Below, one piece after another: positions 57,239 through 64,000 of a DNA stretch of 64,000 nt. Source of the stretch: an uncultured Gemmatimonas sp. (GTDB lineage: Bacteria; Gemmatimonadota; Gemmatimonadetes; Gemmatimonadales; Gemmatimonadaceae); the NCBI GenBank assembly GCA_964498895.1, contig CAZCIM010000003.1, positions 9,186 to 73,185 on the forward strand, written 5' to 3'. A program made the translations under genes and the position numbers. The notes beneath the pieces are model-generated. The model saw nothing but the letters and a program-made list of their open reading frames with translations, was not told the DNA's origin and searched no databases. Within the stretch, counting starts at the first letter, position 1, and each line of letters begins with the position of its first letter.

Positions 57239-58550
57239 CGCCCGGCTCGCCGGCGATGAGACGCAGCAGGATGTGCGACGCCGAGCTGTTTACGGAGCTC
57301 GTGAGGATGAATACTTGCCCGCCAAAGGCATCCGCTGCGACGGGAATCGTGTCAGGCCACGCCGCGCCGTCCGTCAGATCGAACGTGCCGTCGCCCCTCG
57401 GCCGCACGCGGCCGCGGCGGTCGTAGAAGCCGCGATCCCATGTGCTCAGGACCGGGCGAAGTACGTCGGGCACGACCTCGTACTTCACGTACCGACGCAG
57501 CGGCGGCAGTGGCCGCGGCCGGCGGAGCAGATGCCGCAGCAGGAACTCCGCGCCGGCATCGGAGCCGCCCTCGTTCTCGCGGATATCGAGAATCAGCGCC
57601 CGTACGCCTTCGGACCTCATCCGCTGGAAGGATGCCGTGACGAACGGCGCCCATCGGTCGGCGTCGCGCCCATAGTCGAAGGCGTCCACGCGCAGAGTCG
57701 CGACCCCGTCCGCGACGCTGAACGCGTGCAGTGCCCGCGGGGCGGGGACGGGCCGCGCCTCGCGTCGCCGCTGTGCTGCGGCCACACTTGCCACGGAGCG
57801 TGTCAACTGGCGGCCGCCGCGTCGCAGGGTGATGGCGTAGCGGCCGCCTGAGGGCGGGTAGAGCAGAGGCAGGAAGACATCGATCGACTCGAACTCCTTG
57901 CGGTGCCGGAAGTCGAGCAGTGCGCGGCGCTTCCCGTCGTTGTCACCGTCTGCACGGATGAGTGGCATCAACTCGGCGATAAGCGATGGCGTCGGCTGCC
58001 CGTTGACGCTCTCGATGGTGTCGCCCGGAAGAACATCATCGGCGTGCGCGCTGCCCTCAAGGAATGTGGCCGAGCGCTCGACGACCCAGCGATCTCCCGC
58101 AGTCAGGTGGTACTCGAAGGGCAGCTTGTCCTGGGCATCCGTGAGCCAGCTGTGCACCGCTTGCGCCTGGTTCCAAAAGCTCAGGTATGTGTGGCCGCAT
58201 CGTATGCTCGCCGTCAGCCGCGAGAGTGCGACGAACAGTTCCGCCCGCGTTCGAGGCTGCGCCATCCACGCGTGCAGGGAGTCGATGCGAGCGGCCCACT
58301 GGAGTTCAGTCGTGTAGCGAAAAAGCCCCGGGTGCAGGGTCCGCAGTGAGAGGTCGAGGAGTGCGAGGTCGCTTTGTGCGGCCTCGGGGCTGATCCGCAG
58401 GTTTCGCAGCACGGCCGCAGAGTCGGCACCGATAGGGCGCGATGCTGCCTCGCCCTGAGCCGATAGCGGGCTCACACGCGGTAGGATGCTACAGCTGAGG
58501 ACGAAGCACAGGTGGGCGAAGCGGCGGGGCAGGCTTGAGCGGCCGAACAT
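56967..58550 (-). CDS. S41-family peptidase
   Basis: Signal peptide, HPGLFRY, CGHT, LILDIRENEGG, SSAS, GEESGG, GVRPD. Confidence 0.85.
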   Translation of the reverse strand: MFGRSSLPRRFAHLCFVLSCSILPRVSPLSAQGEAASRPIGADSAAVLRNLRISPEAAQSDLALLDLSLRTLHPGLFRYTTELQWAARIDSLHAWMAQPRTRAELFVALSRLTASIRCGHTYLSFWNQAQAVHSWLTDAQDKLPFEYHLTAGDRWVVERSATFLEGSAHADDVLPGDTIESVNGQPTPSLIAELMPLIRADGDNDGKRRALLDFRHRKEFESIDVFLPLLYPPSGGRYAITLRRGGRQLTRSVASVAAAQRRREARPVPAPRALHAFSVADGVATLRVDAFDYGRDADRWAPFVTASFQRMRSEGVRALILDIRENEGGSDAGAEFLLRHLLRRPRPLPPLRRYVKYEVVPDVLRPVLSTWDRGFYDRRGRVRPRGDGTFDLTDGAAWPDTIPVAADAFGGQVFILTSSVNSSASHILLRLIAGEPGVTLVGEESGGSLRAHTGGNLFFATFPGTGFEIDIPLISYDWGASQPARGVRPDVAVPAEDALNEVRCLLAPAPVGPARGAVVPPREVCAR

Positions 58551-58630
58551 CGAGTCTCCTTGAGCGGTGTGCCGTCAAGTACGCTCGAACGCCCCACCGC
58601 TAGGTCGCAAATCGTTGCCGGCCAACGACA

Positions 58631-59794
58631 TTATCGATTCTGAGACGTCCGAACGCGAAACTCGCTCGGCGTTACGCCGGCATAACGTCGAAACGCGCGC
58701 TGGAATGAAGCCTTGGAGTTGAACCCCGCATCGAATCCCAGTTGCACCAAGTCGAGCTTGCTTCCGGCCTGAATGGCAGATTGCACCGCGAGTACACGCT
58801 GGCGGTTCACGCATTCATTAAATGATTGTCCGAGTCCGACGTTCAGGGCACGGCTGAGGTATGTCGTGTTCGTGGCCAGCTTGCGGGCCATGACGGTGAG
58901 GGTGAAGTGTGGATCGCACCACCAGCCCCCGGCAATCATTGCGTCGCGCCACTGCGCACCGAGGGCAGCCCAGTCCTGCGCGGGCGCGGTGCTTCCGCTG
59001 GCGTCGCTTCGAGACGGATCCGTGGGCGGTGTGGACGTATCGTCCAGCACGGCCTCGGCAATCGTCGCGCGCGGATCCGGGTAGGCGAGACTCGCGTCGC
59101 GCAACGCGGCGAGTCCGATCGCCCAGGCGACGACCGACTGAAGCAGGTAGAAGGGGAACGCGTCGTAGTAGTCGCGGCCCTCGATTAACGCATCGGACGC
59201 CGACATGGCGAGCCAGGCGGCCGCGATGATCGCCATTGCGACGAGGAGAAGCCGCAAACCGGTGAGGCGATACTCCTCGCGATTGCTGAACTGAGCGTCG
59301 AGCCAGCGCTGATAGCGCCGTCGTTCGCGCAGCGCGAGCGCGCCGTATGCGAACAGTCCCGCTAGCGAGGCCGTATCGATGAGTGGTTGCACCCACGGGT
59401 CGATGATTCTGAGGACGATGGCGGACTTTTGCTCGACGCTCGGGATGACGAACAGCAGCGACCACGCAACCAAGTGCAGGGCGGCCGGCGCGAGATGCCA
59501 CTGCCAGCGGCCCGGGAGTTCGCCGCGCGCGACGCGGGCCACGTACAGCCACAGCAGCGGGCCGATGGCCAGCGGCAGGTTGAACGGCGCGAACGACAGC
59601 CAGGGAAAGCGATCATAGAAGCCCGCGTAGCCGATGATGAACGGTACCAGCCGCAGCGCGGCGACCGCGAGCAGGGCAGCGAGCACCCGGTTGGCTTCGC
59701 GATTGTGCTTCGTGAAGAGGAGCGCGACGGCCACGGTGGCGCCTGTGAGGGCGCCGAAGCTCAGGACGAGGCTGTAAGAGCCGAATCGAATCAC
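58631..59794 (-). CDS. Membrane-anchored AraC-family regulator
   Basis: Multiple N-terminal TMs; YLSRALN..SFNE, AGFNSKASFQRAFRRYAGVTPSEF. Confidence 0.88.
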   Translation of the reverse strand: MIRFGSYSLVLSFGALTGATVAVALLFTKHNREANRVLAALLAVAALRLVPFIIGYAGFYDRFPWLSFAPFNLPLAIGPLLWLYVARVARGELPGRWQWHLAPAALHLVAWSLLFVIPSVEQKSAIVLRIIDPWVQPLIDTASLAGLFAYGALALRERRRYQRWLDAQFSNREEYRLTGLRLLLVAMAIIAAAWLAMSASDALIEGRDYYDAFPFYLLQSVVAWAIGLAALRDASLAYPDPRATIAEAVLDDTSTPPTDPSRSDASGSTAPAQDWAALGAQWRDAMIAGGWWCDPHFTLTVMARKLATNTTYLSRALNVGLGQSFNECVNRQRVLAVQSAIQAGSKLDLVQLGFDAGFNSKASFQRAFRRYAGVTPSEFRVRTSQNR

Positions 59795-59898
59795 GTCGGG
59801 GAGCGACGGCTGATGGGAGCGAGCACCAGAAATCTACCGCCCGGTGAGCAGCGGGAGGTCACGAAGGTGGCAGACGCTGCGCAGCCTCTGCGCCGAAT

Positions 59899-60567
59899 CT
59901 ATGGCGCGTCCGGCGGAGTGCTCCGCAGCGTCGCTCTCTCCCCACGTTTGGTAAGCAATGCCGTGACGAAGCGCTGATTCTCGGAGATGCGCTCCACCTC
60001 CAAGGCAATCGCATCAAGCGCAACCCGGAGTTCGCCAACCTCAGGTGTGGAGCGCGATATTGCGGACCGCCTCCGTCCGCGTGCGATGCCCAGCAAGTAC
60101 AGCGCGGCGGATATCGCGAGGAATCCGAGTGCCTCTATAGCGATGATGCGCTCGTCGTGGCGCGAGAGGCTCTCGAGGGCACCCGTCGGCGGTTGGCTTG
60201 ATGGGACTCCGTCGCGTTCGTTGGGTCCGTTTCCATCGCCTGCGCTGCTGATTACGCGCTTCAATGCTCTGTCGATCTGTGCATCCACCTCGAGTTTCTG
60301 CGCGTCGAGCGCTCGGAGCCGCTCACCGAGCGCCTCGATTGTCCGGTCGTACTCCAAGACCATCGCTTCGTCTCCACGGGCTTTCGCATTTAGTCGCTCC
60401 TGGCCGAGCTGTCCTCGTCGCGCCGTCGTCTCGGCGAGTTGCTTGCCAAGTTCCGTGCTGCGGGCGCGGAGCGCCGTGAGCTGCACTTCGCTCGGCGTGC
60501 TGGTTCCTCGACTGGTGGATACCTCCCGTGATTGTGACGGCATACCAAGACTGGGATCTTGCGGCAT
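59899..60567 (-). CDS. Hypothetical coiled-coil protein with one TM
   Basis: Coiled coil, TM, tail LDAIALEVERISENQRFVT; start uncertain. Confidence 0.6.
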   Translation of the reverse strand: MPQDPSLGMPSQSREVSTSRGTSTPSEVQLTALRARSTELGKQLAETTARRGQLGQERLNAKARGDEAMVLEYDRTIEALGERLRALDAQKLEVDAQIDRALKRVISSAGDGNGPNERDGVPSSQPPTGALESLSRHDERIIAIEALGFLAISAALYLLGIARGRRRSAISRSTPEVGELRVALDAIALEVERISENQRFVTALLTKRGERATLRSTPPDAP

Positions 60568-60618
60568 ATGGTCGGCTCCAATGACTATGGGGAGAGATCG
60601 ATCGCCGTTCTCGCGCGC

Positions 60619-60654
60619 GGGGGGGGGGGGGCGGGGGCGAAAGCGGGGCGAGGG
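60619..60654. repeat. G13 homopolymer plus adjacent G runs
   Basis: G13-C-G5-CGAAAGC-G4-CGA-G3 in a divergent intergenic region. Confidence 0.8.
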
Positions 60655-60676
60655 AGGCCTTGCGTTGCGTTGGAGT

Positions 60677-60691
60677 GTTACATATTGTAGC
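60677..60691. promoter_or_regulatory. Candidate BlaI/CopY operator
   Basis: GTTACA-TAT-TGTAGC (TACA..TGTA dyad) just before the BlaI ATG. Confidence 0.5.
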
Positions 60692-60694
60692 GTT

Positions 60695-61099
60695 ATGAAA
60701 CGTAACATACAACCGGCAGATCTTCCCCCTCTGAGCGCACTTGAGCGGGAGACGATGTGCGTGCTGTGGGACCAAGGGCAGGCGACGGCGGACGAGATCC
60801 GTCGCGGCCTCCGGCGTCGTCTGAAGGACGCGACCGTCCGAACGGTGCTGCGGCGACTTGAACTCAAGGGGTACGTCACTCACGAGATCGATGGCAGAAC
60901 CTTCTCGTACCGAGCCGCGCATCCGCGAGAAGCGGTTGTCGGCGGCGTCATCCGGCAGTTCGCCGCGTCGTTCTTTGGAAACTCGATGAGCGCGTTGCTT
61001 GTCGGGCTGGTCGATGCGAACGCACTGACAGAGGCAGAGGTTGAGGCGGCGCAGCGACGGCTCGAGCAGGCCCAACTCGCGCGGGAGGGTGGCAAATGA
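60695..61099 (+). CDS. BlaI/MecI/CopY repressor
   Basis: LSALERETMCVLW, TVRTVLRRLELKGYV, FFGNS..LL. Confidence 0.88.
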   Translation: MKRNIQPADLPPLSALERETMCVLWDQGQATADEIRRGLRRRLKDATVRTVLRRLELKGYVTHEIDGRTFSYRAAHPREAVVGGVIRQFAASFFGNSMSALLVGLVDANALTEAEVEAAQRRLEQAQLAREGGK

Positions 61100-62073
61100 A
61101 AGTGAATGCCCTGATGGTCCTCGTGCTCGCGTCCCGCCTGACGATCGCCCAGGATCTACCGCCTGAAGAGCAGCGGGTGGTGGTGCTCGAGGCCGCTCGT
61201 CTCATCGATGCACGCTACGTCGACTCTGTCGCCGGGCATCGCATCGCCACGACGCTTCGCCGCGACGCCGGCCGGTGGCGGACGCCGATGGCTCCTGACG
61301 CGTTCGCCGCAGCGCTAACCCAACAGCTCCAGGCGCTCTCGCGGGATGGCCATCTCGGCGTCAGCTACAGTGCGACGCCGATCGGCGGCTCCACCGGCGA
61401 GTCGGAGTTCGGCGAGGCCGAGGCAATCCGTTGGTATGGTCCGCAGCTGAACCACGGCATAGAGCGCGTCGAGCGGCTCGACGACAACGTGATGTTGCTC
61501 GATCTGCGCGTGATGCCACCGAGTGGCATGGCCGGCGATGTCGTTGCCGCAGCGATGACCCTCGTCGCACAGGGTGACGCGCTCATCATCGATCTGCGCC
61601 GGAATGGTGGCGGCGTCGACGCGGGGATGATTGTCGCGGGCTACCTCCTTCCGCCGGGCAGCCCCATGAGTGGCGGGTTCGACCGACCAAGCGGGCGGCG
61701 GACGTATGCAGTCTCTCCAGACTGGGTACCAGGGCGCCGCTTCGGTTCGGACAAGCCCGTTTACGTGCTGATTTCGCAACGCACGTTCTCGGCTGCCGAG
61801 GCGTTCGCGTACGACCTGCAGGCGCTGAGGCGAGCCGTCGTGGTGGGAGAGCCGAGCGGTGGCGGCGCGCATCCGTTCGAGTATCGTCGGATACATCCGC
61901 ACTTCGCCTTGAACCTGCCCGAAGGCCGTTCCATCAACCCAATTACCGGCGGGGATTGGCAAGGCGTGGGTGTTCAGCCCGACGTCCGCGTACCGGCTTC
62001 GGCGGCGCTGGATACCGCGCTGAGTCTCGCGCGCGCTGCGGTCGCAGGTCGCCGTCGCGGCCCAACCAAGTGA
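61096..62073 (+). CDS. S41-family peptidase (IRBP-like)
   Basis: DGHL, IDLRRNGGG, TFSAAEAFAY, GEPSGGGA, WQGVGVQPD. Confidence 0.88.
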   Translation: MKVNALMVLVLASRLTIAQDLPPEEQRVVVLEAARLIDARYVDSVAGHRIATTLRRDAGRWRTPMAPDAFAAALTQQLQALSRDGHLGVSYSATPIGGSTGESEFGEAEAIRWYGPQLNHGIERVERLDDNVMLLDLRVMPPSGMAGDVVAAAMTLVAQGDALIIDLRRNGGGVDAGMIVAGYLLPPGSPMSGGFDRPSGRRTYAVSPDWVPGRRFGSDKPVYVLISQRTFSAAEAFAYDLQALRRAVVVGEPSGGGAHPFEYRRIHPHFALNLPEGRSINPITGGDWQGVGVQPDVRVPASAALDTALSLARAAVAGRRRGPTK

Positions 62074-62090
62074 GTTTCGCGAGCTGTGCA

Positions 62091-62123
62091 TTGACATACC
62101 GCGAACTGAAAATAATATTTCAG
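62091..62123 (+). promoter_or_regulatory. Sigma-70 promoter with overlapping dyad operator
   Basis: TTGACA-N16-TAATAT; CTGAAA-N6-TTTCAG at 62106-62123. Confidence 0.6.
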
Positions 62124-62152
62124 ATTATCACGTCCTTCTGTTAAACCATTCG

Positions 62153-62551
62153 ATGCTTGACTCCTCTCTCTCCCGCCGCGAACGCCAGATCATGGAAGCG
62201 CTGTATACCTTGCGCGTCGCTGGCGCGCGCGAGGTGGCGAACCACCTCGGCGAGCCTGAGGCGTTCGAGAGCGTGCGCGTGACATTGCTCGGGCTTCAGA
62301 AGAAGGGCTTGGTGATTCCCGAGCCGGACGGGCGTCGCAACGTGTTCCGCCCTGCGCAGGAGCGCGACGATGCGGGCGCCGATGCGCTTGAAGCCGTGAC
62401 TCGCATCTTCTTTAGCGGATCCACCAAGGATGCACTCGTGGCCTTGCTCGACCAGGGCCGCGATGAGTTGAAGCGGGAAGACCTCGAAGCCCTCGATCGC
62501 TGGGTACGCGAACAGGTGAAGGCGTCCCGCGAGCAGGGAAGGAAGTCGTGA
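62153..62551 (+). CDS. BlaI/MecI/CopY repressor
   Basis: LSRRERQIMEALY, SVRVTL..L.KKGLV, FFSGS..ALVALL. Confidence 0.88.
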   Translation: MLDSSLSRRERQIMEALYTLRVAGAREVANHLGEPEAFESVRVTLLGLQKKGLVIPEPDGRRNVFRPAQERDDAGADALEAVTRIFFSGSTKDALVALLDQGRDELKREDLEALDRWVREQVKASREQGRKS

Positions 62552-63552
62552 ACCCTATCGGAGTGCAGCTCGTGGTCCTGCTCGTGCAGGTCAGCGTGGT
62601 CGCAGGCGTCGCCCTCGCGCTCGAATCCCGCGCCACCAGGGTTCCGGGCCGACGCGCCCCGGTCATGCGACTCGTGCCGCTCGCACTGTTGCTGTTGCCG
62701 TTGCTGCGCTGGGCGCTGCCGTCGGCGGCGGCCCCCGTGATCGACCTGTCGCACGGCCCGTTCCTCGCTCCGGTCGCGGACGCTCTCCCGATCCTGACGA
62801 TGGAATGGGTCATCATCGCAGTCTGGCTGAGTGTGAGTTCACTGCTCTTGCTGCGAATCTTGCGTGGGATCTGGGCGCTGTCGCGGGCGCTGCGTGACGC
62901 GCGGCCAATCGTTGACATCGCGCAGATTGCCGAGTTGGAGCGCGCGCGCGTGGCAGTCGGGCTCTCCGCACCACTGCCCGAATTGCTCCTCGCGCGTCAC
63001 GTCTCATCGCCTGCGGTGTTCGGCTGGCGACGTCCGGTCGTCCTCGTGCCCGCGTGGTTCCAGGACGCCTCGTCCGATGCGCGTTTCGCGATGCTCTGTC
63101 ACGAGCTGGAGCACATCAAGAACGGGGACTGGGCGCAGCAGCTGCTGTCGCATATCGTGCGCGCGCTCTATTGGCCCGTCCCGCTGGTTGGGATGTGGGC
63201 ACGACGCGCCGTGCTTTCGCGAGAGATTCTGGCTGATCACGCAGTGGTTCGCGCGGGTATTCAGCCCACGGTCTACGCACAGCACCTCATCACGGCGGCT
63301 CGCGCCTGTCTCGCGACCTCGATGCCCGCGGTGGTTGCGCTCCATGCAGGCGGCGGCGGACAGCTCGCGCATCGGGTGGCTCTACTCCTTCAATCACCAC
63401 GCACCGCCTCAGCCGCGCCGTTCGCGCCCCTCGCCCTCTTGATCGTCGTTGTCGGACTCGCTGTCGTGAACCCGGTCCGCTGCACGGCGGCAAGCGGAGG
63501 AGACGCGCCCGCCGCACAACCGTGCCCCGACGGATTGCAGGCGCCGCGGTAA
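62548..63552 (+). CDS. M56 (BlaR1-like) membrane metallopeptidase
   Basis: PAVFGWRRPVVLVP, HELEH, REILADHAV; GTGA overlap. Confidence 0.9.
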   Translation: MNPIGVQLVVLLVQVSVVAGVALALESRATRVPGRRAPVMRLVPLALLLLPLLRWALPSAAAPVIDLSHGPFLAPVADALPILTMEWVIIAVWLSVSSLLLLRILRGIWALSRALRDARPIVDIAQIAELERARVAVGLSAPLPELLLARHVSSPAVFGWRRPVVLVPAWFQDASSDARFAMLCHELEHIKNGDWAQQLLSHIVRALYWPVPLVGMWARRAVLSREILADHAVVRAGIQPTVYAQHLITAARACLATSMPAVVALHAGGGGQLAHRVALLLQSPRTASAAPFAPLALLIVVVGLAVVNPVRCTAASGGDAPAAQPCPDGLQAPR

Positions 63553-63598
63553 CTCCTTTGCGCATGCTTCTCTCATCAGCCATTTCGGCTACCTGTAA

Positions 63599-64000
63599 GT
63601 GAAAAAATCATTACACTTCGTCATCGTGGTGCTCTTGCTGAGTCTCGCCGTTGACCCCGCGGCCGCGCAGATCGACACCACCTCCCAGCCGCAACGGGCA
63701 TTCTTGGATTGCCCGGCCTGCGATGACGATTTCATGCGCCAGGGACTGAGCTTCGTCGAACTCGTGCGCGATCCCCGCCTCGCCGACACGCACATAATCG
63801 TGGCGGCGAGTGAACTACCGATGGGTGGTTCGCTCATACTCATCGAGACGATCGATCGACGTCGCGCGCGCCACGATACGGTCAGCTTCACATTGCCCCC
63901 GACCGCCACGGAGGTCGAGCGGCGCGATGCTGTGTTGCGGGGCGTGCGCTTCGCTCTCGTCCCCTCACTTATGCGCAGCGCAGCCCTGCAGCGCTTCGAT
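63599..64000 (+). CDS. Secreted hypothetical protein (runs off the window end)
   Basis: Not in the ORF track. GTG 63599 gives MKKSLHFVIVVLLLSLAVDPAAAQ..FLDCPACDDDFMR..VRDPRLAD. Confidence 0.65.
   Translation, partial: MKKSLHFVIVVLLLSLAVDPAAAQIDTTSQPQRAFLDCPACDDDFMRQGLSFVELVRDPRLADTHIIVAASELPMGGSLILIETIDRRRARHDTVSFTLPPTATEVERRDAVLRGVRFALVPSLMRSAALQRFD

Overview
High-GC bacterial chromosome segment. Gene content and protein style suggest Gemmatimonadota (inference, not verified). Bases 1-39.1 kb are mostly core and signalling genes: an NtrY-like kinase, a tandem pseudokinase/kinase, a hybrid kinase, a TonB receptor, comM/yifB, larE, an NtrX-like regulator, lepB, a sigma-70 factor, yajQ, rimO, hydantoinase A/B, a Crp/MBL-hydrolase/HD-GYP cluster and rpmE-prfA. 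The normally adjacent prfA and prmC are separated by about 17 kb of accessory DNA. Its inner part (about 42.9-56.1 kb) looks like a defence island: type III-like Res, Fic, Mod, DUF5131, TcmP, then a coupled pair I cannot assign to a named system, a Pol-beta/GlnD-like nucleotidyltransferase plus an endonuclease-IV-like TIM barrel. That pair is the best candidate for an undescribed system. prmC appears eroded at both ends. Downstream are S41 peptidases, AraC, two BlaI-type repressors and an M56 peptidase. Non-coding signals include inverted heptamer (TGAGACN) arrays anchored at stop codons, mirror-image G/C skew around the island and arrays, many TANNNT-N5-7-start (leaderless-type) promoters, CTG starts for prfA and hydantoinase A, a CRP box upstream of a putative phosphodiesterase, and a G13 tract. 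No rRNA, tRNA, CRISPR array, integrase or transposase was recognised. All calls come from reading motifs by eye; no searches were run.
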